Positions 46,826 through 56,549 are shown, numbered from the stretch's first letter. The stretch: 64,000 bases of DNA from Ilumatobacteraceae bacterium (GCA_964203655.1 CAXNMJ010000005.1:52407-116406); one strand, 5' to 3'. The notes: generated by a model not told the origin, from the sequence alone. Program-made: numbers and translations.

Positions 46826-47744
46826 ATGAATGAAGCACTCGCCGCAATCGATATTGGCAGCAACTCGACAAATTTATTGATTGTTGATCAAGCAGGCAAA
46901 ACACTCGAGCGAATCGTGCGTTCAACTCGACTCGGCGCAAATCTAACAACAACCGGAGTGCTCAGTGCAGAGTCAATTCAACGGACTCTTGAATGCCTAA
47001 ATGAATACGAAGTCGTTGATCAAACGCCACAACGTTTTGAGTCGCCGCACAGTAGCCACTGCCGCTTGCCGAGTTGCAAAAAACACCAATGAATTTTTCG
47101 CCGCGGTCAAAAAGATTTCGGGTGCTGAGCCAGAGTTGATCTCTGGTGAAATTGAAGGCGCCTTATCTTTTGTCGGCGCTACAAGTTCTTTCAGCGACAA
47201 GAGCCCCACGCTTGTTATTGATATCGGTGGCGCATCAACCGAACTTATGGTTGGTTCAGAAACGCTAGATTTTGCCGTGAGTTTGCCGTTCGGTGCAGTG
47301 AACGTCACCGAGTCTGAGTTGCATCGTGATCCGCCGAGACCTGAAGAACTAACAAATGCGATCTCACTAGTTTCAGATGCCGTTGACGATGTGGCGCACA
47401 ATTATCCGCAGGTGTCGCAAGTTGATCGCATTGTCGGTGTCGCGGGCACGATCGTGACCGTTGCGGCTGTTGAAGTCGGGCAAAAAGTATTTGATGCAAA
47501 TTCGCTTCACGAACTGCGATTGACGCGCCAGGCCGTTGAAGATGTGTTTCGGACATTGGCAACAGAGCCGCTTAAAGACCGCGTCTTCAACCCTGGTCTG
47601 CCTAGCGACCGCGCCGACATCATCGTTGGTGGCTGCTGCGTACTGGTCGCCGTAATGCGCAGACTGCAGATTTCTGAGCTTGTCGTGAGCCAATACAATT
47701 TGCTTGACGGTTTAATCGCTGAATTACGAAAGAAAATATCTTGA
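46826..47744 (+). pseudogene. ppx: Exopolyphosphatase / guanosine pentaphosphate phosphohydrolase family (Ppx/GppA) with an apparent +1 frameshift near 47005-47012
   Basis: ORF 46826..47092 starts MNEALAAIDIGSNSTNLLIV.. (Ppx phosphate-1 motif) and degenerates after ..ECLNEY. The +1 frame (ORF 47001..47744) continues ..KSLIKRHNVLSRRTVATAACRVAKNTNEFF...VIDIGGASTEL... Confidence 0.85.
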
Positions 47745-48403
47745 GCCATCTCTCAAATTCTTCACCGAAGAGATTTTTGCATCCTGCTGGCTCGCCCGTT
47801 GCTCCCCCGCGACTTTATGGCGGACGCATCATGTTGCGCCCGCTGGTTGCACACGACTTTGAAGCCTGGAGCGAAGTTCGATTACGAAATGTTGATTGGC
47901 TGACTGTTTGGGAGCCACGCCGTTCAGAGTTTCTTGCTGACCCGGCCACAGACCGTGATGCCTTTGAAAGGCGCTGCGTGGCTCGTGATCGCGAGCGCCA
48001 AAATGGTTCGGCGTACACACTCGGACTGTTTTTCAACAACTTTTTTGTCGGCGAGGTCAACATCAACAACGTTGTACGTGGAGCAATGCAGACCGGCACA
48101 ATTGGCTACTGGATCGACCGAAAACATGCAGGAAATGGCTACGTCGCCGAGGGAGTCGCCGCAATTACCAAGTTTGCATTCGACGATTTAAACCTGCACC
48201 GACTTGAAATTTGCATAATTCCACGCAATGCAAACAGCAAGCGAATCGCCGAAAAATTGGGGTTGCGCCTCGAAGGACTTGCTGAAAGATTCTTAGAAAT
48301 AAACGGAGTCTGGGAAGACCACCTGCGTTACGCGATCACCGCAGAAGAGTGGCTGCAACGACGCGAGGCGTTAACACAAGAGTGGTTGACCAGCCGAAAA
48401 TAG
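47741..48403 (+). CDS. GNAT-family N-acetyltransferase (RimJ/RimL-like)
   Basis: 220 aa, TTG start uncertain. ..TIGYWIDRKHAGNGYVAEGVAAITKFAFDDLNLHRLEICIIPRNANSKRIAEKLG.. is the GNAT core. Confidence 0.75.
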   Translation: MSHLSNSSPKRFLHPAGSPVAPPRLYGGRIMLRPLVAHDFEAWSEVRLRNVDWLTVWEPRRSEFLADPATDRDAFERRCVARDRERQNGSAYTLGLFFNNFFVGEVNINNVVRGAMQTGTIGYWIDRKHAGNGYVAEGVAAITKFAFDDLNLHRLEICIIPRNANSKRIAEKLGLRLEGLAERFLEINGVWEDHLRYAITAEEWLQRREALTQEWLTSRK

Positions 48404-48414
48404 TTTTACGGAAA

Positions 48415-48567
48415 TTAACTGTTTATTTGCAACACAAATTGGGCGCAGACGTCAGCAACTTGAATCGCGTCACGACAGACACGCTTCACGCCATGGTCTT
48501 CAGAGTCAGCACATTCGCGCTGACATATCTCGGCAGCCTGGCGTAAGAGTTCAATAATTTCAGCCAC
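48415..48567 (-). CDS. Possible small Cys-containing ORF, or the frameshifted C-terminus of the preceding gene
   Basis: GTG 48567 overlaps the upstream stop (GTGGCTGA). It encodes VAEIIELLRQAAEICQRECADSEDHGVKRVCRDAIQVADVCAQFVLQINS* with native-looking codon usage. It fills the otherwise empty gap before the convergent GNAT gene. Confidence 0.35.
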   Translation of the reverse strand: MAEIIELLRQAAEICQRECADSEDHGVKRVCRDAIQVADVCAQFVLQINS

Positions 48568-48922
48568 TGAGCCCGTTGACCGACTGCATTTTCGACATTT
48601 GCGAAACTGCGCACGGCAAACACAATGGCGGAATCGGGCTCTCGCACTTTTTTGGAACAACAACTTGACCCCAACCCCATGCATCAATCACAACAGGCAC
48701 TATTGATTCGATCGGTTTGAATTTTTTTGCAGTAATCCACCCAGCGGCTGCAATATCTGGGGCACGCACGGGCAGCATTGGCTTACTGGCGACAAAGACT
48801 TCAACGCCAGAGAGCACATCATGAGTTTGCGCATCTTTTGTGCTTAACGCTGACCGAAGCAAGTGTGCGCCGATAACAGCATTCTTTTTATTTGCATCGG
48901 CGATCACCAATGCAAGTCGCAT
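48560..48922 (-). CDS. Hypothetical protein, translationally coupled to the enoyl-CoA hydratase gene
   Basis: 120 aa (MRLALVIADANKKNAVIGAHLL...DAWGWGQVVVPKKCESPIPPLCLPC..). The start overlaps the echA stop (TAATG). I recognise no family. The C-terminus may continue in the +1 frame (see 48415..48567). Confidence 0.55.
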   Translation of the reverse strand: MRLALVIADANKKNAVIGAHLLRSALSTKDAQTHDVLSGVEVFVASKPMLPVRAPDIAAAGWITAKKFKPIESIVPVVIDAWGWGQVVVPKKCESPIPPLCLPCAVSQMSKMQSVNGLSG

Positions 48923-49680
48923 TATGACTTTTTTATCCGTGATTGAAGTGCGGCGAGTCGTTCAGCAAACCACGGTTGTCGTGTCGTCCAAACTTGGGGC
49001 TCGAGTTCTTTTGCTACTGCTTGTTCATGTGTTGCAACGTTTGCCATTTCTTGGATCGTTCGCTTTGTGATTATCGCCAGTTCACGTGGTGCGCTTGCAG
49101 CACGTGCCGCCATTGCATGGGCAACCGTAAGTAACTGATCATCAGCAACACATTTGTAAACCAAGCCGACCCGCTCAGCTTCGGCGCCGTCCAAAATCTC
49201 GCCAAAGATAACTGCCGCCATCGTTGCCTGCGGCCCCGCGATATTGCGAAACATCCACGTGTGACCACCACCCGGATGCAAACCGATTTGCAAAAACCGA
49301 GTGTCGAACTTTGCACGTTGGGCGGCAATTCGCACGTCGCAACACAACGCCAAATTCATGCCAGCACCTACGGCGGCGCCATTAACTGCGGCGATCGTTG
49401 GCAACGGTGTGCGCGCAATTCGCAAGAAACCTTCATAAATTTTCGTCAATGATGCGCCGTCGGCTTCGGCGAGATTACCGAGGTTGGCGCCAGCGCAAAA
49501 AGCCGGAGCAGCACCGGTCACGACGATTGCGCCAACTTTTTGATCCGCTTCGATGTCGTTCATCGCTTCAGTGATGTCGGCCACCATCTCGGCCGTCATT
49601 GTGTTGCGCTCAGTTGGGTTATTCAGCGTCAAGGTGGCCACGCCGTCCTTACGGTCAACCTGCACAAGACCCATGAGCAT
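48922..49680 (-). CDS. Enoyl-CoA hydratase/isomerase (crotonase) family protein
   Basis: 252 aa. ..VVTGAAPAFCAGANLG.., ..PTIAAVNGAAVGAGMNLALCCDVRIAA.., ..GLHPGGGHTW... Confidence 0.85.
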   Translation of the reverse strand: MLMGLVQVDRKDGVATLTLNNPTERNTMTAEMVADITEAMNDIEADQKVGAIVVTGAAPAFCAGANLGNLAEADGASLTKIYEGFLRIARTPLPTIAAVNGAAVGAGMNLALCCDVRIAAQRAKFDTRFLQIGLHPGGGHTWMFRNIAGPQATMAAVIFGEILDGAEAERVGLVYKCVADDQLLTVAHAMAARAASAPRELAIITKRTIQEMANVATHEQAVAKELEPQVWTTRQPWFAERLAALQSRIKKS

Positions 49681-49712
49681 TTAGTTTGGCACATTGTTAG
49701 CGTAGGAATTGC

Positions 49713-50318
49713 ATGTTGGACCATGTCTTTAGCGATGCCATTAGCGCCCTTCGCGACGCCTTTTCTAACGCCTTTCTTGAGCGCCAAGCATTCGATGAGC
49801 ACTTTCAGTCAGATGTTTTGCTGGGAGACCTTGTCTGGGAGACGAGCTACGGTCTGCCTGGCGAGGGTCGACCACCACGCGTAATCGCCCACATCACTTT
49901 GACTTGGCCAAGTTGGAGTCAAGCAATTTATCGCGCGTGGTATACCGACGAAATTTTTCACGAGTCTCCCGAGATTGAAATGGAAATCGTTTTTCGTGTG
50001 CAGCGACTCTCGAGCCAACCTGATGCAAGTTTGGTTGAGGGTATTGCACCGATCAAGAGCCCTCAAATTGGGCGCGGCAAACTTGATCGCGAAGGCATCA
50101 CCGTTGAAATAAATAGTCCAACCCTGACACCTGATAAAACAAATTATGCGATCGAAATTACCTATGAGGGTAGTTACGAACTTGTCGAAGAAACTCTGCA
50201 AGATGGCACGAGCAAGTTGCTAGATGAAAACTTCAGCAGTCTTGGCGGCTGGATTGCGACAACGCTCGTCAAACTCGGCGATCTGAAACTGGCTTTTCTT
50301 CCAGCCGAAGAAATTTAG
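49713..50318 (+). CDS. Hypothetical protein
   Basis: 201 aa, acidic, no recognisable motif. It fills the gap between divergent echA and the convergent kinase gene with native-looking codon usage. Confidence 0.5.
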   Translation: MLDHVFSDAISALRDAFSNAFLERQAFDEHFQSDVLLGDLVWETSYGLPGEGRPPRVIAHITLTWPSWSQAIYRAWYTDEIFHESPEIEMEIVFRVQRLSSQPDASLVEGIAPIKSPQIGRGKLDREGITVEINSPTLTPDKTNYAIEITYEGSYELVEETLQDGTSKLLDENFSSLGGWIATTLVKLGDLKLAFLPAEEI

Positions 50319-51385
50319 AAACTCAACAAGTCTTTCGGCACGACAGACGTGAGCGACACAAGCGGTCGCGGCCCCATGTGTGTAATAACTTCTGAGGCGA
50401 CGATCGACCCAATTTTGCCGCACTGCTCAATCGTCTTGCCACGCACGAAACCATATAGAAAACCTGCGGCATACATGTCGCCGGCACCAGTCGCGTCAAC
50501 CACGCTGTCAACTGGCTCGGCGTCGATGATTACAACCTCTTCACCATCAATTACGACCGAGCCGTGCTCGTTGCGGGTGACGGCTGCAAACTCACAGTCG
50601 CTTCGCAACTGATGAAGCGCTTCGTTAATCGAATCAACTTGATAAAGCGATTTAATCTCATCTTCGTTTGAAAACAAAATATCAATATCGTTTTTCACCA
50701 ATGACAAAAAGTCAACACGATGACGGTCAACGCAAAATGAATCTGAGAGTGTGAGCGCAACTTTGCGACCAGCAGCGTGCGCATATTCTGCAGCGACACG
50801 AAATGCCTCTTTGGCGGCATCACGGTCAAACAAATAACCTTCCAGCATCACGACTGCGGCGCTTTGCACTGCTTCACGAGAAATATCTGCAGCGTCAAGC
50901 AACGACGCCGCACCAAGAAATGTGTTCATCGTGCGGTTGCCGTCGGGTGTCACGACGATCAAGCAACGACCAGTGTCTTCGGTTTGGCAAGTGACCCCCG
51001 GAAAAAACTTCACACCAACATTTGCCAGATCTTTGGCAAAAGACTCGCCCAAACGATCAGCAGAAATCTTGCCAATGAAACCTGCTTTGCCGCCGAGGCT
51101 GGCCAGCCCATAAGCAGTATTGGCTGCGCTTCCGCCACTCATTTCGGTGCGCGAATTAACCAACGAATGCAAATGTTTAGATCGAGACATTTCGACCAAA
51201 TTCATTGAACCCTTGACGATTTTTTCGCGAACCAAAAACCCTTCATCGACCGTAGCCAACACATCAACAAGAGCGTTGCCGATCGTCAGTGAGTCAAGAC
51301 TGACTCCGGTCGCACCCGTGAGATTTATTGGTGGCACGCGATATTTAATTCGTGCGCGAAGCGGCTTTGAGTTCGCCTTTGGCAA
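50315..51385 (-). CDS. PfkB-family carbohydrate/nucleoside kinase (adenosine kinase-like)
   Basis: 356 aa. ..GGSAANTAYGLASLGG.. and the PfkB signature DATGAGDMYAAGFLYG. The start (TTG 51385 or GTG 51337) is uncertain. The longer form overlaps the upstream gene by 41 nt. Confidence 0.8.
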   Translation of the reverse strand: MPKANSKPLRARIKYRVPPINLTGATGVSLDSLTIGNALVDVLATVDEGFLVREKIVKGSMNLVEMSRSKHLHSLVNSRTEMSGGSAANTAYGLASLGGKAGFIGKISADRLGESFAKDLANVGVKFFPGVTCQTEDTGRCLIVVTPDGNRTMNTFLGAASLLDAADISREAVQSAAVVMLEGYLFDRDAAKEAFRVAAEYAHAAGRKVALTLSDSFCVDRHRVDFLSLVKNDIDILFSNEDEIKSLYQVDSINEALHQLRSDCEFAAVTRNEHGSVVIDGEEVVIIDAEPVDSVVDATGAGDMYAAGFLYGFVRGKTIEQCGKIGSIVASEVITHMGPRPLVSLTSVVPKDLLSF

Positions 51386-53063
51386 GACGTTGCTGCAACT
51401 CGCGCTTCAAGAACTTGCCAGCGGCATTGCGCGGCAGTGGCTCGGTCATCACCACGACGTGAACAGGAATCTTGTGAGCAGCAGTTTTGCCCTCAAGAAA
51501 CTTCCATAAATCTTGTGGATCAAGAGCCAAGCCATCTTTCGGGAAAATTGCAACACCAACTTCTTCACCAAGTCGTTCGTGCGGCACACCGAAAACAGCG
51601 GCTTCGTGCACAGCTGGGTAATCGTAGATCACACTCTCAACTTCGGCGCCGTAGATGTTTTCGCCGGCGCGAATAATCATGTCTTTGACACGGTCCTCGA
51701 CATAGACAAAGCCTTCGGCATCAAGCCGGCCGATGTCACCCGAACGCAACCATCCGTCGACAATTGTCTCTGCTGTTGCTTCTGGTCGGTTCCAGTATCC
51801 ACGAATCAACATCGGGCCAAAGAACCAAATCTCGCCGGCTTCGCCAGTCGGCACTGACTTCAAATTGTCGTCGCGAACCTCGACGCGCATCGGCAACACT
51901 GCACGACCCGTGCTCGTCGGATGTGCCAAATAGTCAGAACCCGTGATGCCTGGACCAAAAGCATTGGTCTCTGTCATGCCGTAACCCAACTGCGGGCTGC
52001 CGTTTTTGACTTTGTCGTTAACTTTGCCGACAAGCGAAGTTGGCGAAGGTGCGCCACCACCGCCCACGGCGCGCAAACTTGAAGTGTCGTACTTATCGAA
52101 AGCCGGAGAATTGACAAGGTCCCAACTTTGTGTGGGCACACCAACAAAGTTCGTGATTTTTTCGCGCTCAATCATCTCGAGTGCTTTTTCTGCGTCCCAC
52201 TTATACATAATCGCAAGTTTCAAACCAGCGATAAAGCAACTCATCATCACTGGCACGCAACCAGTGACGTGAAACAGCGGCACGATCAAAATAAATGAAG
52301 TTGGCACTTCTGGTCCCGTAACTTCTTTTAGTTTTGTTCCCGACATCGTCAGCACTGAATTGCGCGAAGAAAAGCCCATCAAAGCAGAGATGATCGCTCG
52401 GTGAGTCGACACTGCACCTTTCGGGCGACCAGTCGTGCCCGAGGTGTAGAGAATTGTTGCATCGTCATCTGAAGAAATATCAACAACGGGGCACTTCAAA
52501 CCAGCCGCCAAATGTGGCGCTAAAGCATCTTGCCATTTGTCGACACCCGCCGGCAGCGGCTTTTCAGCGCGCACAACCAAAACTTTGACTCCAAACTTCT
52601 TGCAACTCTCGGCGGCAATGTCGAAGCGTTGTTGGTCGCAGATCAAAACCTTGGCGCCCGAATCTTGCAACGCGAAATCCATTTCATCTTCGACCCACCA
52701 CGAGTTCATCGACACCGAAATAGCACCAACCGAAATAATCGCCGCAAACGACATAACCCACTCGGGATAATTGCGCATCGCGACAGCCACTCTGTCGCCT
52801 TTTTTGACGCCATAGGTGTTCACGAGCAGATTCGACAGCGCGTCAATTTGATCCATTGCTTGGGTGAATGTGAATGTCTCACCCTCGTAAACCAAAAACG
52901 TCTTTTCGCCGTGACCGCGTGCACCAGCGAAAACCTGGCCCAAATGCGCTGGGGCATTCTTGAAGATCTGTGTCTTGACCCCCATGACTTCGGCGTCGAC
53001 AAGTTCGAAAATCTGCCCTGTGGCAGTAACTGCCAAGTTGGCTTCAGTCCACGTCATTGCCAT
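51345..53063 (-). CDS. AMP-dependent acyl-CoA synthetase/ligase (FadD-like)
   Basis: 572 aa. AMP-binding motif ILYTSGTTGRPKGAV plus ..GYGMTET.. and ..SGDIGRLDAEGFVYVEDRVKDMI... Confidence 0.9.
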   Translation of the reverse strand: MAMTWTEANLAVTATGQIFELVDAEVMGVKTQIFKNAPAHLGQVFAGARGHGEKTFLVYEGETFTFTQAMDQIDALSNLLVNTYGVKKGDRVAVAMRNYPEWVMSFAAIISVGAISVSMNSWWVEDEMDFALQDSGAKVLICDQQRFDIAAESCKKFGVKVLVVRAEKPLPAGVDKWQDALAPHLAAGLKCPVVDISSDDDATILYTSGTTGRPKGAVSTHRAIISALMGFSSRNSVLTMSGTKLKEVTGPEVPTSFILIVPLFHVTGCVPVMMSCFIAGLKLAIMYKWDAEKALEMIEREKITNFVGVPTQSWDLVNSPAFDKYDTSSLRAVGGGGAPSPTSLVGKVNDKVKNGSPQLGYGMTETNAFGPGITGSDYLAHPTSTGRAVLPMRVEVRDDNLKSVPTGEAGEIWFFGPMLIRGYWNRPEATAETIVDGWLRSGDIGRLDAEGFVYVEDRVKDMIIRAGENIYGAEVESVIYDYPAVHEAAVFGVPHERLGEEVGVAIFPKDGLALDPQDLWKFLEGKTAAHKIPVHVVVMTEPLPRNAAGKFLKRELQQRLAKGELKAASRTN

Positions 53064-53184
53064 TTTCTAAACCCCCGAGTCGGCCATTTTGGCACTCAGA
53101 TATTGTGCCATTCTCAGGCAGGCTGTGCCTAACTCGAGATAGGTCGCGAACTAGGCAACTTGACGGCGAAAAGCGAGTCGCGGC

Positions 53185-53709
53185 TTAGGCGGCGCGGCGG
53201 CGAAACTGGCTCGCATAACGCGAACTATCGCGCTGAACGCGAAGCTGCACCAGCCAGTAGCAATAGCCCAACAAGGCGATCAAACTGATGGTGAAGGCGT
53301 AAACCAAGACGATCGAACCGGTCGTGAAAGCCAAGAACAGTGAGACGACAGCGGCCGTTGCTAAGCCAACAACCGTGTGTTGACGGCGCTGACGGACAAG
53401 TTCGCGGGCGAAAAACTCGCCCGAATTTGGTTGGTGCGAACGGGTGCCCTGCGGACGCAAAATCGGGCCGGTTAAGTGCGAAAACTGACTGGCTTGGCGA
53501 GTGCGCATTTGGTTCGGAGCAAGCTCGCGTGACATGCCACGCAATTGGGCCTGTGGGTTGCGCAAGTTGGTGTTTTGCAAAGTAGATAAATGGCGACGAA
53601 AGTGGTTAACCGACATTGTTGGCGAATTGTTAATGCGAGCCCGAACTAGCGGCGGCAAGAGAACTGCCAGCCATGCGGCGCCAACGATCAAGAGAATTAG
53701 TTTGCTCAT
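53185..53709 (-). CDS. Membrane protein resembling the actinobacterial divisome protein GlpR/SepX (Rv0996-like)
   Basis: 174 aa. N-terminal TM (LILLIVGAAWLAVLLPPLVRAR), a polar low-complexity middle, and a C-terminal double TM (VVGLATAAVVSLFLAFT..LVYAFTISLIALLGYCYWLV). Architecture and the neighbourhood with moeA/galU fit GlpR/SepX, but this is assigned from memory only. Confidence 0.45.
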   Translation of the reverse strand: MSKLILLIVGAAWLAVLLPPLVRARINNSPTMSVNHFRRHLSTLQNTNLRNPQAQLRGMSRELAPNQMRTRQASQFSHLTGPILRPQGTRSHQPNSGEFFARELVRQRRQHTVVGLATAAVVSLFLAFTTGSIVLVYAFTISLIALLGYCYWLVQLRVQRDSSRYASQFRRRAA

Positions 53710-53781
53710 GGGGTTACATAAGTGTATTACGAGATGGCAAGATCGCTACCCAAGTCGCTAGGAGCCCTAAAAATAGGGGTT

Positions 53782-54267
53782 TTAGCTTATTCTTCGCGAC
53801 GATACGTGCCTTGGCGGCCGCCCGGTTTTCTCCCACAGTGTGAGGTCGCCGATCACCATGGCTCGGTCGGCGCTCTTGCACATGTCATAGATCGTCAACG
53901 CCGCCACTGAACAAGCGTGGAGAGCTTCCATTTCGACGCCCGTGCGGTCGATCGTGTCAACTTGGGCTTCTACCGCGATGTGGTCGTCGCCGATTTCAAA
54001 GTTTATGTTTACCGCACCAACCAGCAAAGGGTGACATAGCGGAATCATCTCGGCCGTGCGTTTTGAAGCCTGAATGCCGGCCACTCTCGCGACTGCGAGC
54101 ACATCACCTTTTTTAACTTCACGATTGGCGATTGCTGCTGTTGTTTCTGGCTTCATAAAAACTTTGCATCGCGCAACAGCACGACGATGTGTCGGCTCTT
54201 TTGGCGTTACATCGACCATGCGTGCTCGACCCATCGGGTCAAGGTGTGAAAAATTGAGTTCAGACAT
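53782..54267 (-). CDS. moaC: Cyclic pyranopterin monophosphate synthase MoaC
   Basis: 161 aa. ..MVDVTPKEPTHRRAVA.., ..KRTAEMIPLCHPL.., ..TGVEMEALHA... Confidence 0.9.
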   Translation of the reverse strand: MSELNFSHLDPMGRARMVDVTPKEPTHRRAVARCKVFMKPETTAAIANREVKKGDVLAVARVAGIQASKRTAEMIPLCHPLLVGAVNINFEIGDDHIAVEAQVDTIDRTGVEMEALHACSVAALTIYDMCKSADRAMVIGDLTLWEKTGRPPRHVSSRRIS

Positions 54268-54285
54268 GAGACATCTCGGTCATGG

Positions 54286-55305
54286 TTAGCCGCCGATCTG
54301 ACTCATCGACCGTTTCGGTCGAACAAACGTGACGTTACCGATTGCATGACCCGCCCACTTCGTGCCGACTGCTCGCGCAATTTCGGCGGCGAGTTCGTCG
54401 TCGGTTGCATTGCCCCGCAACATTGCCCGCAGATCAAATTCGGTAGTTGAAAACAAACAAGTACGAAACTGACCTTCAGCTGTCATTCGCACACGATCAC
54501 AGTCGCCACAGAATGGTTTTGTCACTGATGGAATTACGCCAACCGTGCCAGACCCATCGAGATAGCGCCATCGATCTGCCGGTGCTGCGCCACGCGCTGC
54601 GACTTGTTCGAGTGGGTAAACGTTGTTGATTGTCGCCACGATTTCATCTTGACCAACAACATCGTTGCGTTGCCATTGACCCTGTGCATCAAGCGGCATG
54701 AACTCGATGAAACGAACTTCAATTTGTTTTGCCCGACCAAATGTGGCCAATGCCAAAATCTCATCGTCATTTACGCCACGCTGAATCACTGCGTTGATTT
54801 TGACCGGCGCAAAACCAGCACTGATCGCCGCGTCAATACCGTCTAGAACATTGTCTAGATGATCGCGACGAGTGATTTTGAAAAACTTCTCGCTCTGCAA
54901 TGTGTCGAGGCTGATATTGATTCTCGACAAACCTGCCGCCTTCAACTCGTCGGCAATCAAACGCAAAGTTGCGCCATTTGTTGTCATCGCGAGGTCTATT
55001 TTTTTGCCAGCCATTGGCGAATTGGCGCTACTAGGCACCGTCAATCGTGAAAGTTTCTCAACGAGAACCGGCAAGTGTGCGCGAACCGTTGGCTCGCCCC
55101 CAGTCAGACGAATGCTGTCGACATCAAAGCGCTCGACACAAATAGTGGCAAGCCGATTGATTTCTTCAAAACTCAAAATTTCTTTGCGGTCAAGCCATGC
55201 CATGCCTTCTTCGGGCATGCAATATGTGCAGCGAAAGTTGCACCGATCAGTGATTGAAATGCGCAAGTCGCGCACAGTTCTGCCAAACGGATCAATTAGT
55301 TGCAT
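54286..55305 (-). CDS. moaA: GTP 3',8-cyclase MoaA (radical SAM)
   Basis: 339 aa. Radical-SAM CNFRCTYCMP, and C-terminal cluster ligands ..KPFCGDCDRVRMTAEGQFRTCLF... Confidence 0.9.
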   Translation of the reverse strand: MQLIDPFGRTVRDLRISITDRCNFRCTYCMPEEGMAWLDRKEILSFEEINRLATICVERFDVDSIRLTGGEPTVRAHLPVLVEKLSRLTVPSSANSPMAGKKIDLAMTTNGATLRLIADELKAAGLSRINISLDTLQSEKFFKITRRDHLDNVLDGIDAAISAGFAPVKINAVIQRGVNDDEILALATFGRAKQIEVRFIEFMPLDAQGQWQRNDVVGQDEIVATINNVYPLEQVAARGAAPADRWRYLDGSGTVGVIPSVTKPFCGDCDRVRMTAEGQFRTCLFSTTEFDLRAMLRGNATDDELAAEIARAVGTKWAGHAIGNVTFVRPKRSMSQIGG

Positions 55306-55331
55306 GATCGCATTTCCATAGATTGAGCATA

Positions 55332-56549
55332 TTACGCAAGCATCATCACTTCGACTTCGGCGCCGATAGCCAAACCCTGACCATCTGGCACTAAAGCCAA
55401 GCCATTTGCGAGCGCAGTCGACGCGAGTTGGTGGCTGCCCTGCGGGCCAGTGTCACGAACATGCAATCTTCCATCATCGCCAAATTCGCCAAACACGCGC
55501 ATGAAATGAATTTTGCCGTCTTGTTTGCGCTTCATCGGCGCATCAACAATCGCGCGCACAGTTGGTCGCATCAAGTTTTTGGTGTGCCCCATCATTTTGC
55601 GCAACGCGGGTCGTGCTAACAACTCAAAACTGATCATCGACGAAACCGGGTTACCAGGCAACCCAAATATTGGTATGACTCTGGCGTCACTTGTCGCAAG
55701 TTTGCCAAAAGCGAAAGGCTTGGCTGGTTTTATCGCCATTTGCATCCATTGCATTTCGGCGATGCGCGACAAAACAATTTTTACGACATCAAAGTCGCCT
55801 TGCCCAACGCCGCCACTTGTGACTATTGCATCGCATCGTTGTGCAACATCGCGCAATGTTGCTTCTAGTTTCTGTTCGTCGTCTTCGATGATGCCCAGAT
55901 TGATCACTTCGCAACCAGTCGCCGCGATCATCGCTGACAACATTGTTAAATTGCTTTCGCGAATTTGGCCAGGTTTTAGTTCTGAGCCGTCAATTACAAG
56001 TTCGTCGCCAGTTGACAACATCGCCACACGCAATTTCGGATACGACATAACTTTGCGCGCGTTAATGCCCGCAAGAACGCCAATGCCAGCGCTGTTGATC
56101 AACGCGCCAGATTTAAAAACAACATCGCCGGCACGAACATCTTCACCAATCTTGCGAATTGCTTCACCGACTCGTGCAGGTTTGTTTATCTGCACGCGAG
56201 TCGGGCTGAGAACTGTTGCGTCTTCGATCATCACCACGGCATCTGCGCCTCGTGGCATCGGTGCGCCGGTCATAATGCGCGCTGACTGCCCCGCACCAAT
56301 CTCGTAACTCGCCACATGCCCAGCACCAATCACGCCAAGAACTTCGAGTTCGACACCAGCAGTTTTCACATCTTGTGCGCGCACCGCAAAACCATCTACG
56401 GCAGTGTTGTCAAAAGGCGGAATGAACTCAGTGGCGACGACATCTTGTGCCACAACGCGACCCGACATCTGCTGACAATCAACAATTACGGGCGCGACTG
56501 GCTCGCATCCACCAATGACGATTTCTTGCGCTTCAACTAGAGAAATCAC
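55332..56549 (-). CDS. moeA: Molybdopterin molybdotransferase MoeA (gephyrin E-domain family)
   Basis: 405 aa. ..PPFDNTAVDGFAV.., ..STGDELV.., ..VTSGGVGQGDFD.., ..PGNPVSS... Confidence 0.9.
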   Translation of the reverse strand: MISLVEAQEIVIGGCEPVAPVIVDCQQMSGRVVAQDVVATEFIPPFDNTAVDGFAVRAQDVKTAGVELEVLGVIGAGHVASYEIGAGQSARIMTGAPMPRGADAVVMIEDATVLSPTRVQINKPARVGEAIRKIGEDVRAGDVVFKSGALINSAGIGVLAGINARKVMSYPKLRVAMLSTGDELVIDGSELKPGQIRESNLTMLSAMIAATGCEVINLGIIEDDEQKLEATLRDVAQRCDAIVTSGGVGQGDFDVVKIVLSRIAEMQWMQMAIKPAKPFAFGKLATSDARVIPIFGLPGNPVSSMISFELLARPALRKMMGHTKNLMRPTVRAIVDAPMKRKQDGKIHFMRVFGEFGDDGRLHVRDTGPQGSHQLASTALANGLALVPDGQGLAIGAEVEVMMLA

